Origin: an uncultured Anaerolineales bacterium
Lineage (GTDB): Bacteria > Chloroflexota > Anaerolineae > B4-G1
DNA length: 64,000 nucleotides
Assembly: GCA_964530325.1 (NCBI GenBank)
Contig: CAZHAX010000003.1
Span: 11,409-75,408, forward strand
Reading direction: 5' to 3'
The notes under the pieces are model-generated. The model searched no databases. It had not been told where the DNA came from and saw nothing but the letters and a program-made list of their open reading frames with translations. Both the position numbers and the translations under genes were made by a program. Shown here in pieces: positions 50,811 to 61,292 of this stretch (position 1 is the stretch's first letter; each line of letters opens with the position of its first letter).

Positions 50811-51131
50811 CTATCCAGAGGCAACTGCCCGCTTCAGTTTCTCCACGAACTGGACTTGGCGCCGCTCGATCTCCTCCACGTCTGCGGAGTAGTACACGGC
50901 CCGACCTGCGCGCCGGACGCCAACCAGCCCCAGCAGCCGCAACGGGCGCAGGTGAAAAGATACCAGAGGCTGGCTAACACGAAGGGAACGGGCCAGCTCT
51001 GTAACCGTCATCTCGCCATTCTCGGCCAGCGTGAAGAGCACGCGCAGCCGCAGCGTATCCCTGAGGGCCTGGAAGAAGCGCGCCGTGTCCCGGAGCTCGC
51101 TCGGTGCTTCTCCCCCCTGATCTTCTTCCAT
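50811..51131 (-). CDS. ArsR/SmtB family transcriptional regulator
   Basis: Winged HTH '[42 protein letters not shown]'. Confidence 0.75.
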   Translation of the reverse strand: MEEDQGGEAPSELRDTARFFQALRDTLRLRVLFTLAENGEMTVTELARSLRVSQPLVSFHLRPLRLLGLVGVRRAGRAVYYSADVEEIERRQVQFVEKLKRAVASG

Positions 51132-51376
51132 TGCGCGTCCCCCGGATCAAGACCTATAAACGAGACTTTCATAAACAGGCGTTTATAATACCGCAGAATG
51201 CCGATCTGTCAAGTACGCGCCCGAGCCGACGGTCGCCGCACATTCGGCGGACGGCCCTTGGCGAGAGCTGCAGCTTGCGCAGCGGCGTTCCGCTATCAGG
51301 GGAGCGGTTCGACCGGCGGAGCCGCCGCATATCGACGCCGGAGACTGCCACTGATCTCCTGACTCAGCGCACACCT

Positions 51377-51404
51377 TGCTAAGCCTACCGAATAGGGTAT
51401 AATC
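51377..51404 (+). promoter_or_regulatory. Sigma70-type promoter TTGCTA-16-TATAAT for tRNA-Pro
   Basis: TTGCTA at 51377-51382 and TATAAT at 51399-51404, about 10 nt before the tRNA 5' end. Confidence 0.55.
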
Positions 51405-51414
51405 AGCCGCGTCC

Positions 51415-51488
51415 GGGGCGTAGCGCAGTCAGGTAGCGCGCAGCAATCGGGATGCTGAGGCCCGGGGTTCAAGTCCCCGCGCCCCGAC
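51415..51488 (+). tRNA. tRNA-Pro (anticodon CGG)
   Basis: Manual cloverleaf: acceptor CGGGGCG/CGCCCCG, D-arm GCGC-AGTCAGGTA-GCGC, anticodon stem CAGCA/TGCTG with loop AUCGGGA, and T-arm CGGGG-TTCAAGT-CCCCG. No CCA is encoded. Confidence 0.85.
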
Positions 51489-51501
51489 TGAGGCACAGTT
51501 G

Positions 51502-51530
51502 GCCCCCCACTCTGCTCGGGTGGGGGGCCT
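51502..51530 (+). terminator. Terminator hairpin after tRNA-Pro
   Basis: GGCCCCCCAC-N9-GTGGGGGGCC followed by TTCATT. Confidence 0.5.
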
Positions 51531-51550
51531 TCATTGTGCCTGAAGCGGGC

Positions 51551-52993
51551 TCACTCACCGGCCGATTTCGCCTCTTGCCACAGCGCTTCCAGCTCGTCGA
51601 TTGACAGCGCCGTCATGTCCAGCCCACGTTGGCGGGCCGTCATCTCCACGTGCCGAAAGCGACCGCCGAACCGAGAGTTAGCCCGCCTGAGCGCGCTCTC
51701 AGCGTCAACCTTCAGCCAGCGACCCCAGTTGACGACTGCCAAGAGCAGATCGCCCAGCTCCTCCTCGCGCTCCTCGGCTGTGCCGGCCGCCTCAAGCTCC
51801 GCCATCTCCTCCCGCACCTTATCCGCTACGCCCCGCGGATCGCTCCAATCTAACCCCACGCGAGCAGCGCGCCGGCTGTAGGCATCCGCCTGCTGCAGCG
51901 CCGGGAGGGCCGCAGGCACCCCGTCGAGCACAGATGCCTCCTCTCCCTTCTCCTCTCGCTTCAACTGCTCCCAGTGCTGGAGGACCTCCTCGCTGCCGCT
52001 TACCACCAGGTCGCCGAAGACGTGGGGATGGCGATGCTTGAGCTTGGCGTCGATACCGGAGACGACAGCCGGGGCCCGGAACTCGCCTTCCTCAGTGGCG
52101 ATCTGGGCGTGAATCAGCACCTGCAGCAGCAGGTCTCCCAGCTCCTCCTGCAGCGAGGCCGTATCCCCGGCATCGATGGCTGCGGCGACTTCGTAGGCCT
52201 CTTCCAGCAGCGAAGAGCGCAGACTCTCGTGCGTCTGCTCTCGATCCCAGGGACAGCCTTCCGGTGCCCTCAGGCGGGCCACCGTGTCCTGCAGTCCCTC
52301 GAAGCTCGTCACGCCGTCGAGCGGCGGCACGTACAGCGTGGTCAGGTGAGCGATATCGCCGCGCCGATCGAGTTCGAAAAGGCTGAGCGATTCGACCTGC
52401 TGGCTGGACATCCCCGCGGCGTGAACCAGGGCCACGGGGTGATCATCAGGATACTGGTTCATCAGCACCAGCTTGACGTCGCCGGCTACGGCCTTGCTGT
52501 GCAGCTGGCCCACGAGGGCGGGAAGATCGGGATTCAGCGGGGGATGGTAGCGGCCAGCCAGCTCCATGGCGTCCACCACCTGCAGGCCATCGAGCGCGTC
52601 GATGCCCAGCGCCGCGAGCGTCGGCTCGATGAAGCTCAACCCGCCGACCAGCCGCACCGGCACCCCCTCCGCCTCGGCCCGCGCAAGGATCTCCTTCACC
52701 GTAGCTTCTCCCACGAGCGGATGGCCGGGGACGGCGTAGATGACGCCCTCATCCCGCTTCGCCAGGCGCAGTATCTCGCCCGCGATCGCGCCGTACACAG
52801 AGGCGAAGTCCTCCGCGTCTTCGTAGCAGGAGTCGAATGAATGGATAGCGGCCTTCTGTGGAATGCCTTCCACAGCCGGGTGCTCCTTGGTGCGCAGCCA
52901 GAGCTCTTCTGCCCTCTCCAGCACTTCCCAGGCTTCCCTCGTCATCTGCCGAGGATCGCCAGGGCCCAGCCCGATGATCGTCAATGCTGCCAT
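51551..52993 (-). CDS. mazG: YabN-like bifunctional protein: tetrapyrrole-methylase-fold domain fused to MazG nucleoside triphosphate pyrophosphohydrolase
   Basis: N-terminal 'LTIIGLGPGD'. MazG core 'LRAPEGCPWDREQTHESL...EEAYEV...ELGDLLLQV', with a second EExxE/ELGD copy. The start is at the internal Met. Confidence 0.8.
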   Translation of the reverse strand: MAALTIIGLGPGDPRQMTREAWEVLERAEELWLRTKEHPAVEGIPQKAAIHSFDSCYEDAEDFASVYGAIAGEILRLAKRDEGVIYAVPGHPLVGEATVKEILARAEAEGVPVRLVGGLSFIEPTLAALGIDALDGLQVVDAMELAGRYHPPLNPDLPALVGQLHSKAVAGDVKLVLMNQYPDDHPVALVHAAGMSSQQVESLSLFELDRRGDIAHLTTLYVPPLDGVTSFEGLQDTVARLRAPEGCPWDREQTHESLRSSLLEEAYEVAAAIDAGDTASLQEELGDLLLQVLIHAQIATEEGEFRAPAVVSGIDAKLKHRHPHVFGDLVVSGSEEVLQHWEQLKREEKGEEASVLDGVPAALPALQQADAYSRRAARVGLDWSDPRGVADKVREEMAELEAAGTAEEREEELGDLLLAVVNWGRWLKVDAESALRRANSRFGGRFRHVEMTARQRGLDMTALSIDELEALWQEAKSAGE

Positions 52994-53082
52994 GCTCGAC
53001 CTCCACTGCCTTGCAGCCGCCGGAAAAGGAGAGAGGGCAGGGCAACACTGCCCTGCCCTCTCTCTGCACAAGCCCTCGCAGC

Positions 53083-53481
53083 CTAGCGCTTCGTGTACTG
53101 AGGCGCTTTGCGAGCCCGTTTCAGTCCAGGCTTCTTCCGCTCCTTGACACGCGCATCGCGCGTCAGGAAGCCGCCCTTCCGCAGAATCGGCTGCAGATCG
53201 GGCTCGGCCTTCACCAGTGCCCGGGCGATCCCCAGCCGCACCGCGCCTGCCTGGCCGCGCACACCGCCGCCTCTGACGCGAACGCTGACGTCGAAACGAC
53301 CCTCCGTAGCCGTCACCGCCAGAGGCTCCTTGAGATGGCGCTGGTCAAGGCTGCGCGCGAAGTACTGCTCGAGCGGCCGGTCATTGACGACGATGTCGCC
53401 TTTGCCTCCGGAGTAGAGGCGCACGCGGGCCGTTGACTCCTTGCGCCGACCGACCCCCTCGTGATATGCTGCTTCAGCCAT
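53083..53481 (-). CDS. rpsI: 30S ribosomal protein S9
   Basis: 'GGGVRGQAGAVRLGIARAL...RKKPGLKRARKAPQYTKR'. Confidence 0.95.
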   Translation of the reverse strand: MAEAAYHEGVGRRKESTARVRLYSGGKGDIVVNDRPLEQYFARSLDQRHLKEPLAVTATEGRFDVSVRVRGGGVRGQAGAVRLGIARALVKAEPDLQPILRKGGFLTRDARVKERKKPGLKRARKAPQYTKR

Positions 53482-53520
53482 CTTCCCTCCTACGGGTCAC
53501 AGAAGCACCCTCGTGGGTGC

Positions 53521-53958
53521 CTACTTGCCCAACTCCAGTGCCCTCGGGTTCTGGGCCAGGTGTGGATGATCGGGGCCCGCGTAGACCTTGAGCTTCTTGA
53601 ACTGCCGCCGCCCCAGCCGATTCCGCGGCAGCATGCCCCGAACCGCATGCTCGATCGCGCTTGTGGGATGGCGCTGCATGAGGTTCCTAAGCTTGATCGC
53701 CTTGAACCCACCCGGGTACTCGGAGTGGCGATAGTACGTCTTCTGGTCCATCTTGCGCCCTGTGACCTGCACCTTCTCGGCGTTGACGACGATGACATAG
53801 TCACCGGTGTCCACCGACGGCGAGTAAGTCGGCTTGTGCTTGCCGCGCAACACGCGCGCGATCTCAGTCGCCAGGCGGCCCAGCGTCTGCCCTGCGGCAT
53901 CCACTACGAACCACTCGCGCTGGATATCTTCATCCTTCGTCACGTGAGTCTTCTGCAC
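53521..53958 (-). CDS. rplM: 50S ribosomal protein L13
   Basis: GTG start after a GAAGGGGAG RBS; '[21 protein letters not shown]...'. Confidence 0.9.
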   Translation of the reverse strand: MQKTHVTKDEDIQREWFVVDAAGQTLGRLATEIARVLRGKHKPTYSPSVDTGDYVIVVNAEKVQVTGRKMDQKTYYRHSEYPGGFKAIKLRNLMQRHPTSAIEHAVRGMLPRNRLGRRQFKKLKVYAGPDHPHLAQNPRALELGK

Positions 53959-54023
53959 GTTCCCAATACTCCCCTTCAATCTGCCCGCACCAGGCCGTCC
54001 GGCCTGTGCAGTCGTGCCCCGCG

Positions 54024-54782
54024 CTAGTACTTGACCTCGGTCAGGCACAGCCCGCGGGCCGGTGCAAGCGTTCCGGCCTGGTCGCGGTCAAGCGATGCCA
54101 GGATCTCTGCCACGGCATCGGCAGTCAGACGCCCGCCGCCTACCTCCAGCAGCGTGCCCACTATGCTGCGGACCATACGGTATAGGAAGGCGTTCGCCTC
54201 GATGTCAAACTGCAGCCTGGGCGGCTCCCCACCCCATTCGGCGGCCAGCACGCAGCGAACGGTGCTATCACCTTGCGTAGGCCTGCCGAAGGCGGCAAAG
54301 TCGTGCTCGCCGACAAGCAGCGATGCACCTTGCTGCATCGCCTCCACATCTATCGCGCCCTTCACGTGCAGGCTGTACCGCCCGCTGAGCGGATCCCGCG
54401 CCGGCGCGTTGTAAACGTTGTACCTGTATCTACGACTGCGGGCGTCGAAGCGCGGGTGAAAACCCGGCACGGCTAGCCGCAGCTCCCACAGGGCGATGTC
54501 CGCCGGCAGCACAGCGTTCAGTGCTCTCTGCAGGTCACCGGCCGACCGCCCCGACTGCTCTGATCCAAGAGAGGCCTGATCCTCTATCCAGGAGGTATCG
54601 AAAGCGATCACCTGCCCGGAAGCGTGAACACCGGCGTCCGTCCGTCCCGCGCCGATGACCCCTGACTCCTCCCTGGTAACGTCCCGAATCGCCTCCTCGA
54701 GCGCAGCCTGTACAGTGGGGGCGTTGGCCTGTCGCTGGAACCCACTGTAGTCGGTCCCGTCGTAGGCCAGAGTGGCCCGCAC
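54024..54782 (-). CDS. truA: tRNA pseudouridine(38-40) synthase TruA
   Basis: '[14 protein letters not shown]' and catalytic 'GRTDAGVHA'. The start is approximate, set to avoid overlap with rplQ. Confidence 0.8.
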   Translation of the reverse strand: MRATLAYDGTDYSGFQRQANAPTVQAALEEAIRDVTREESGVIGAGRTDAGVHASGQVIAFDTSWIEDQASLGSEQSGRSAGDLQRALNAVLPADIALWELRLAVPGFHPRFDARSRRYRYNVYNAPARDPLSGRYSLHVKGAIDVEAMQQGASLLVGEHDFAAFGRPTQGDSTVRCVLAAEWGGEPPRLQFDIEANAFLYRMVRSIVGTLLEVGGGRLTADAVAEILASLDRDQAGTLAPARGLCLTEVKY

Positions 54783-54807
54783 ACGCCTGGCGGCGCGTTC
54801 CTGCTTC

Positions 54808-55221
54808 CTAGTCCTCAACAAGCACCAGCAGGGCCATCGGCGCCGCATCGCCCTTGCGCGGCCCCAGCTTGTAGATCCTCGTGTAGCCGCCCGGCCTCTT
54901 GGCGTACCGCGGCGCGATATCCTCGAACAGCTTCTTCACCACGTCCAGCCGATTGCCGTCCGGCTCGATCACCCAACGGTCCATTCGGCCCGCAGCGAGA
55001 CGGCGGGCGTGCACGCCGCGACTGGGATCGTCGCCCTCGGCGGCGATGCCCCGCTTCGCCAGCGTGATCAACCTCTCGGCCTGGGAGCGGATTGCCTTCG
55101 CCTTCGCCTGGGTCGTCTCGATACGCCCGTGCTGGAATAGCGCGGTGAGCAAGTTCGCCCGCAATGCCCGGCGCTGCCCGCTGGAGCGGCCTAGCTTCTT
55201 GCCTGCCTTACGATGCCGCAT
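54808..55221 (-). CDS. rplQ: 50S ribosomal protein L17
   Basis: '[12 protein letters not shown]...RALRANL'. Confidence 0.95.
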   Translation of the reverse strand: MRHRKAGKKLGRSSGQRRALRANLLTALFQHGRIETTQAKAKAIRSQAERLITLAKRGIAAEGDDPSRGVHARRLAAGRMDRWVIEPDGNRLDVVKKLFEDIAPRYAKRPGGYTRIYKLGPRKGDAAPMALLVLVED

Positions 55222-56181
55222 CTACTCGTCTCCGGCCTGGTGGGCCGCCTCCAGTTCAGCCAGGAAGCCGTGCTCGTCCAGCGCGCCCTTAAGCTCGGTC
55301 AGCGAGGTCTGCCCGAAGTTGCGAATGGTCAGCAGAGCGTCGTCCCCCGAATCGAGCAACTCCAGCACCTCACCAACGTTGGTGATGCCGGCACGCCTGA
55401 GAGCATTGAACACACGCACGCTCAGATCCAGCTGCTCGAGCGGAGTATCGTAGACCCTGCTGGGCAGCCCTGCTTCCTCCTCGGCCTCCTCCTCTTCTTC
55501 CTCCAGAGTGAGCCCGGCGATCAGACGCAGGTGGGTGATCAGAATGCGCGAGCCTTCCTTGAGGGCGTCGAGCGGGGCTATGCGGCCGTCGCTCCATATC
55601 TCCAGCGCCAGGCGGTCGTAGTTGGTCATCTGCCCCACGCGGGCCCGGTCAACGTTGAATGCCACGCGTCTTATAGGGCTGAATAGAGCGTCGACCGGCA
55701 GCTCGCCGATCGGCGTCCTCTCTCGCCCTTCCGCGGGAAGGTAGCCCTGCCCCTGCTCGACGGTGAACTCGATATCGAGATCGACGTCGTCCGAGTCCGC
55801 AGTGAACAGATAGAGATCGGTATTGAGAACCTCGATCTCCGGTGGAGCCTGGATGTCGCCCGCTGTGGCCGTGCCTTCACCCCGTACCCGTAGCTGCATA
55901 CGAATGGGCTCCTCGCCCTCCATGCTCAGGCGCAGCTGCTTGACCTGCAGCAGGAACTGCATCACGTCTTCCCTGATGCCTGGTATGGCGGCGAACTCGT
56001 GCGGCACGTCCGATATCCTGACCGACGTCACCGCCGCTCCTCGCAGCGAGGACAGCAGCACGCGACGGAGCCCGTTCCCCAGCGTTATGCCGAAGCCGCT
56101 CTCCAGCGGCCCGATCAGGAACCGCCCATACGTCTGCGAGACTGCGTCTGTTTCTATCTTTGGCAGCACTGGAACTGACAA
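55222..56181 (-). CDS. rpoA: DNA-directed RNA polymerase subunit alpha
   Basis: 'GFGITLGNGLRRVLLSS' and a C-terminal alpha-CTD. Confidence 0.95.
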   Translation of the reverse strand: MSVPVLPKIETDAVSQTYGRFLIGPLESGFGITLGNGLRRVLLSSLRGAAVTSVRISDVPHEFAAIPGIREDVMQFLLQVKQLRLSMEGEEPIRMQLRVRGEGTATAGDIQAPPEIEVLNTDLYLFTADSDDVDLDIEFTVEQGQGYLPAEGRERTPIGELPVDALFSPIRRVAFNVDRARVGQMTNYDRLALEIWSDGRIAPLDALKEGSRILITHLRLIAGLTLEEEEEEAEEEAGLPSRVYDTPLEQLDLSVRVFNALRRAGITNVGEVLELLDSGDDALLTIRNFGQTSLTELKGALDEHGFLAELEAAHQAGDE

Positions 56182-56294
56182 CCTCTGCCTCCTACTCGTA
56201 TCTCGGCCATCCTAAAGCCAGTTAGAGAGACCCTTTTGAACCAACACAGCGCCCCGACTGGCGGCCGGCCACGCCGGCCGCGCCGGAGCCAGCC

Positions 56295-56936
56295 CTACCT
56301 GGAGTAGTACTCCACAATCAGCTGCTCGTTCAGGACGGTGTCGATGTCCTCCCGGGCGGGCATTCGAACCAGGTGGCCTGCCATAGCCTTCGCGTCCAGG
56401 CTCAACCAGTCCTGGACCGCACTCTCATCCAGAACCTTCGACCGCTCCTTGAAGTAGGTGCTGTTTCGGCTGCCCTCGCGGACCGCGATCGCGTCGTCCG
56501 GCCGCAGGTTGTAGGACGGAGCATAGGCGCGCCGCCCATTGACCAGGAAATGACCGTGCTGGACCAGCTGGCGGGCTTGGGCCCTCGAGTCGGCAAAGCC
56601 GAGCCGGAAGACCACGTTGTCCAACCTGGTTTCGAGCAGCGTCAGCAAGTTCTCGCCGGTCAGGCCAGACCCTCGCTCTGCGTTGCGGAAATAGCGGCGG
56701 AACTGCCTCTCCAACAGACCGTAGATGCGCCGTGCCTTCTGCTTCTCACGCAGCTGCACCGCGTACACGGACTGCCTTCTCCGGCGGAACTGCGCCAGCC
56801 TGCCCCGGTCGCCCGGCGGATAGGCGCGGCCTCTCTCGAAGGGGCACTTCGGAGAAGTGCAGCGTTCACCCTTCAGGAATAGTTTCTCGCCCTCCCGGCG
56901 ACACAGCTTGCAGACCGGGCCGGTGTATCTGGCCAT
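56295..56936 (-). CDS. rpsD: 30S ribosomal protein S4
   Basis: '[16 protein letters not shown]' zinc ribbon N-terminus. Confidence 0.95.
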   Translation of the reverse strand: MARYTGPVCKLCRREGEKLFLKGERCTSPKCPFERGRAYPPGDRGRLAQFRRRRQSVYAVQLREKQKARRIYGLLERQFRRYFRNAERGSGLTGENLLTLLETRLDNVVFRLGFADSRAQARQLVQHGHFLVNGRRAYAPSYNLRPDDAIAVREGSRNSTYFKERSKVLDESAVQDWLSLDAKAMAGHLVRMPAREDIDTVLNEQLIVEYYSR

Positions 56937-56991
56937 ACTTCGCTCCTACCTCCCCACTCCTACAGACAGAGAACTGGTTATGCCGGACCTT

Positions 56992-57390
56992 CTACACCCG
57001 GCGCTTCTTCGGCGGACGGCAGCCGTTGTGCGGGATGGGCGTGACGTCGGTGATCGACTGCACTCGCAGGCCCGCTGCCTGAAGGGCGCGGATAGCGGCC
57101 TCGCGCCCAGGGCCGGGGCCCTTCACATACACGTCTACCTCGGCCATCCCGTTGTCCATAGCCACTCGGGCTGCTCTCTGAGCCGCCTGCCGCGCAGCAA
57201 ACGGGGTGCTCTTGCGCGACCCCCTGAAGCCGACAGTACCCCCGCTGGCCCAGTTGACGACGTTGCCCTGTGGATCCGTGATGGTTACTATCGTGTTGTT
57301 GAACGTAGCGTGGACGTGAGCCTGCCCGCGCGGAACGCTCCTCTTGGTGCGGCGTCCACCGCTCCGTCTAGTTGACTGCTTGCGCGCCAT
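56992..57390 (-). CDS. rpsK: 30S ribosomal protein S11
   Basis: Canonical S11 sequence. Confidence 0.95.
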   Translation of the reverse strand: MARKQSTRRSGGRRTKRSVPRGQAHVHATFNNTIVTITDPQGNVVNWASGGTVGFRGSRKSTPFAARQAAQRAARVAMDNGMAEVDVYVKGPGPGREAAIRALQAAGLRVQSITDVTPIPHNGCRPPKKRRV

Positions 57391-57422
57391 TCGGCCTCCC
57401 TATGACCCAACCTGTCCCGCTA

Positions 57423-57812
57423 CTACTTCTTCTTCATTCCGCGACGGCGGCCGCGACCGGGCACCGTCTTACGGGCGCCTCGCTTGGTGCGGGCATTGGT
57501 GCGCGTCCGCTGACCGCGAACGGGAAGACCTCGGCGGTGCCGCAGCCCCCGGTAGCATCCAATATCCATCAGGCGCCTGACGTTGGTCTGCACCTCTCGC
57601 CTCAGGTCGCCTTCGACCACGCACTGGCGGTCGATCACCTCCCTGAGCGCGGTGACCTCAGACTCGGTCAGATCCTTGACCCGCGTATCCGGGTTTACGC
57701 CGGCCTTGCCCAGTATGTCCTTGCTCGAGTTCCTGCCGATGCCGTAGATGTAGGTCAGGCTGACCTCTACTCTCTTATCTCGCGGCAGGTCCACTCCTGC
57801 GATACGTGCCAT
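57423..57812 (-). CDS. rpsM: 30S ribosomal protein S13
   Basis: '[26 protein letters not shown]'. Confidence 0.95.
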   Translation of the reverse strand: MARIAGVDLPRDKRVEVSLTYIYGIGRNSSKDILGKAGVNPDTRVKDLTESEVTALREVIDRQCVVEGDLRREVQTNVRRLMDIGCYRGLRHRRGLPVRGQRTRTNARTKRGARKTVPGRGRRRGMKKK

Positions 57813-57840
57813 GTTCTCCTCCGCCGAAAGCCGCCGGCGC

Positions 57841-57954
57841 CTAACCCTGGCGCTGCTTGTGCTTCGGGTTATCGCAAATCACCCGAACCACGCCGCGCCG
57901 CTTGATGATCTTGCACTTCGGACAGCGCCTCTTCACCGAAGATGATACTCTCAT
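57841..57954 (-). CDS. rpmJ: 50S ribosomal protein L36
   Basis: Hand-translated 37 aa '[37 protein letters not shown]'. It is too short for the 60-aa ORF track. Confidence 0.85.
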   Translation of the reverse strand: MRVSSSVKRRCPKCKIIKRRGVVRVICDNPKHKQRQG

Positions 57955-57987
57955 GATTGCTTGCCTCTCCGATCCACACCGCCGCAG

Positions 57988-58749
57988 CTACAATCGCGTC
58001 AGCACGTCCGCACTACCATCCGTCACCGCGATCGTATGCTCCCAGTGGGCGGTCAGCTGCCCATCTGCGGAGACCACGGTCCAGTGGTCATCCAGAACGC
58101 GCACTCTGCTATCGCCTGCCAGCAGCATCGGCTCCAGGGCGACCGTCATACCGCCGTGCAGTTCTACTCCCTTGCCCCTCTCGCCGTAGTTCGGCACCTG
58201 CGGGTCCTCGTGCATCTGGCGGCCGATGCCATGCCCGGTATACTCCCGAACGACGTTGTATCCCCGGGTCTCGGCATACGACTGGATAGCGGCGGAGATA
58301 TCCCCGGATCGTCCCCCGGCTCTAGCGGCGTCGATCCCTGCTGCCAGGGCCCCTTCCGCCGCTGCCACGATGCGCCTCGCCTCCACGTCGATCTCGCCAA
58401 CCGGCAGGGTAACCGCAGCGTCACCGTGGTAGCCATCGAGAATCGCACCCACGTCTATGCTGACGATGTCCCCATCGCGCAGGACGCGCTCGCCGGGGAC
58501 GCCGTGCACCAGCTCCTCGTTGACGGAGCTGCACACGGCCGCCGGGAACGGATGAGCGCTGCCGGGCGGGTATCCCAGGAACGAAGGCGTGGCGCCGCGC
58601 CGCGCGATGATCTCCCGAGCCATCTCGTCCAGCTCAGCGGTCGTCACTCCCGGCGCCACCTTATCCCGCATCGCTTCCAGCACCTCGGCCACAACACGGC
58701 CGGCTTTCCTCATCTTCTCTATCTCAGCCGGAGACTTGAGCGTGATCAC
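57988..58749 (-). CDS. map: Methionine aminopeptidase type I
   Basis: GTG start overlapping the adk TGA (GTGA). 'IKSPAEIEKMRKAGR', metal ligands 'DIVSIDVG...GHGIG...'. Confidence 0.85.
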   Translation of the reverse strand: MITLKSPAEIEKMRKAGRVVAEVLEAMRDKVAPGVTTAELDEMAREIIARRGATPSFLGYPPGSAHPFPAAVCSSVNEELVHGVPGERVLRDGDIVSIDVGAILDGYHGDAAVTLPVGEIDVEARRIVAAAEGALAAGIDAARAGGRSGDISAAIQSYAETRGYNVVREYTGHGIGRQMHEDPQVPNYGERGKGVELHGGMTVALEPMLLAGDSRVRVLDDHWTVVSADGQLTAHWEHTIAVTDGSADVLTRL

Positions 58750-59414
58750 GCCGCTGCTCCGGTCGCCTTCTCCACAGCCGCTCGCATGTCGGCCTGCACT
58801 TCCTCGATACTGCGCTGGCCGTCGATCTCGACCAGCTTCCCCTGGGCGAAGTAGTAGCCGACGAGCGGCGCCGTCTCCTTGTAGTACGTGTACAGCCGGT
58901 TTCGCGCGGTCTCCGAGTTGTCGTCGTCCCGTTGGCGGAGCTCGCCGCCGCACTCCTCACAAACCCCCTCGATGCGCGGCGGATCGGAGACCAGGTTGCA
59001 CACCCAGCCGCATTCACGGCATGTCCGCCGAGATGTCAGTCTCCTGGTTGACTCTTCGTCCTCCACCTGAAGGAGGAGCGTTGCCGCGACGCTCTCGCCG
59101 CGCTCCGCCAGAGCCTCATCCAGGGCCACTGCCTGGCCAAGTGTGCGCGGAAAGGCGTCCAGTATCACTCCGTCGCTGCAATCTGGAGCGCTGATGCGTT
59201 CCATGACCATCCCGACCGTCACGTCGTCCGGGACCAGGTCTCCCCGGTCCATGTACTGCTTGGCCAGCTTGCCCAAGTCGGTGCCCCGGGCCACGTGATC
59301 GCGGAACAGGTCCCCGCTCGAAACGTGAGGGGTCCCCAATTCCTGGGCCAGGGCCTTGGCCTGTGTTCCCTTGCCAGCACCTGGCGGGCCGAGCACCACC
59401 ACGTATCCTCCCAC
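58746..59414 (-). CDS. adk: Adenylate kinase (zinc-binding lid)
   Basis: P-loop 'GPPGAGKGTQA' and lid 'CRECGWVCN...CEECGGEL'. Confidence 0.9.
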   Translation of the reverse strand: MGGYVVVLGPPGAGKGTQAKALAQELGTPHVSSGDLFRDHVARGTDLGKLAKQYMDRGDLVPDDVTVGMVMERISAPDCSDGVILDAFPRTLGQAVALDEALAERGESVAATLLLQVEDEESTRRLTSRRTCRECGWVCNLVSDPPRIEGVCEECGGELRQRDDDNSETARNRLYTYYKETAPLVGYYFAQGKLVEIDGQRSIEEVQADMRAAVEKATGAAA

Positions 59415-59421
59415 GATCCCT

Positions 59422-60747
59422 CTACTTGATGAACCCGTCGTAGTGGCGCATCGTCAGCTGCGCCTCCAATTGGCGCACCGTATCCACGACGACGCCGACG
59501 ACGATCAGCAGGCCGGAGGCCGTTATCAGCATGTTCGCGTTGAGGATCTGATCGACGATCCAGGGCAGGACGGCGACGGTCCCCAGGAAGAGCGCCCCCA
59601 CCAGTGTGATCCGCCTGTAGATCGAGTTGATGTGTTCGGCAGTCCTGGGGCCGGGTCGCACTCCGGGGATGAAGCCTCCCTGCTTCTGCAGGTTGCCGGG
59701 CAGGTCCTGCTGCTGGACCATCATGTCGGTGTAGAAGTAGGTGAAGCCCACCACGGCGAGGAAGTAGATGGGTCCATACCATACTGTACCCTGGCTGAAG
59801 AAGTCGATCACGCCCTGAGAGAATCGGGCCACACCCTCGCTCGAGCTGCCCACGAAGAAGCTGGCTATGATGCCCGGGAACTGCAGGAAGGCCTGGGCGA
59901 AGATGAGCGGGATCATGCCGGCCATGTTGATCCGCAGCGGTATGAACTGGCTGCCACCGGTGTACATCTTGATCCCCCGCACTCGCTTCCCATACTGCAC
60001 CGGGATGCGCCGCTCGCCCTCCTGCACGACGACGATGACGAACATCATGAGAGCCGTCATCAGGAGGAACAAAGCCACGAACAGCGCGCTCATGCCGTAG
60101 CCTCCCTGCTCCGCGCCTCTGCCAATCAGGCGGTAGAGACCCTCCGGCGTACTGGCCACGATGCCGCTGAAGATGATGAGAGACAGGCCGTTGCCGATGC
60201 CCTGCTCGGTGATCAGCTCGCCCAGCCAGACGGCCAGCATCGACCCGGCCGTCATGGCCACTAGTATCGTCATGGTGGGCAGCAGGTTCTCGCCCGAGAA
60301 GCCAAAGTTCGGCACTACGGTAACGCCGGACATGTTGTTCAGCAGCTGCACCTGGCCGAATGCCTGCAGCAGGGCCAGCGGCACCGTAATCCAGTACTGG
60401 TACTGATTCAGCTTGCGCCGGCCGGCCTCGCCCTCCTCGCTCAGCCTCTGCAGAGCGGGGATGATGGGCGTCAGCAGCTGGAAGACGATCGTCGACGTGA
60501 TGTACGCCTGCACGCCGACCGCCATAACGGAAAGCCTTTCCACCGCGCCACCTGACAGCATGTTAAGGATGCTGACGAAGCCCGCGGCCCCCCCTCCTCC
60601 TTGCAGAAAAGTAGCGAGCGCCGCCTGATCCACTCCAGGCACGGGGATGTGTGCCGCCAGCCGGAAGACGACGAGGATCGCAAGCGTATACAGCAGCTTG
60701 CGCCGCAGATCTGGAATGGTTATCGCGTTCCGCAGTCCCTGTAGCAT
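59422..60747 (-). CDS. secY: Preprotein translocase subunit SecY
   Basis: 10-TM SecY sequence; 441 aa. Confidence 0.95.
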   Translation of the reverse strand: MLQGLRNAITIPDLRRKLLYTLAILVVFRLAAHIPVPGVDQAALATFLQGGGGAAGFVSILNMLSGGAVERLSVMAVGVQAYITSTIVFQLLTPIIPALQRLSEEGEAGRRKLNQYQYWITVPLALLQAFGQVQLLNNMSGVTVVPNFGFSGENLLPTMTILVAMTAGSMLAVWLGELITEQGIGNGLSLIIFSGIVASTPEGLYRLIGRGAEQGGYGMSALFVALFLLMTALMMFVIVVVQEGERRIPVQYGKRVRGIKMYTGGSQFIPLRINMAGMIPLIFAQAFLQFPGIIASFFVGSSSEGVARFSQGVIDFFSQGTVWYGPIYFLAVVGFTYFYTDMMVQQQDLPGNLQKQGGFIPGVRPGPRTAEHINSIYRRITLVGALFLGTVAVLPWIVDQILNANMLITASGLLIVVGVVVDTVRQLEAQLTMRHYDGFIK

Positions 60748-60791
60748 CTTCCCGCTCCTGTCAGCCGCTCACCGTACGGGCGCCGGCGCCG

Positions 60792-61271
60792 CTAGCGCGT
60801 CCGCTCGCCGCCTCGCTTCCAGGGCAATTCCTCCACCTCTCCACCTGCCGCTTCGATCTTGGCCCGCGCACTCGCCGAGAAGCGATGGGCCTTGACCTTC
60901 AGGTCCTTCTTCAGCTCGCCCCGACCGAGAATGGCGACCATCTCGTCCTCCCGCTTGATGATCCCAGCCTTGGCCAGCGTCTCAGGCGAAACGATGCTCC
61001 CCTTCCTGAAGGAGCTCAATCGCGACAGGTTGACCGGCGTGAAACTGATCTTCCATGGATCGCGGAATCCCACGCCGCGGGCGAACGGCAGCTTGCGTAC
61101 CAGAGGCAGCTGGCCGCCCTCGAAATAGGGGGCCACTCCTCCACCGCTGCGCGCTCCCTGTCCCTTCGTGCCGCGACCCGCGGTCTTGCCCTGGCCGGCG
61201 GCGATGCCGCGCCCTGGTCGCTTACGCTTCTTGGTGGACCCGTCGGCGGGTCGTAGATCGTGCAACTTCAC
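60792..61271 (-). CDS. rplO: 50S ribosomal protein L15
   Basis: 'GRGIAAGQGKTAGRGTKGQ'. Confidence 0.9.
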   Translation of the reverse strand: MKLHDLRPADGSTKKRKRPGRGIAAGQGKTAGRGTKGQGARSGGGVAPYFEGGQLPLVRKLPFARGVGFRDPWKISFTPVNLSRLSSFRKGSIVSPETLAKAGIIKREDEMVAILGRGELKKDLKVKAHRFSASARAKIEAAGGEVEELPWKRGGERTR

Positions 61272-61292
61272 AGCAAATCCCCCACAGATCAG

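Noticed and set aside
51415-53071. tRNA-Pro as the attachment site of an integrated element
   Set aside because: No direct repeat of the tRNA 3' end, no integrase, and no mobile genes are seen. The downstream region is the conserved ribosomal cluster.
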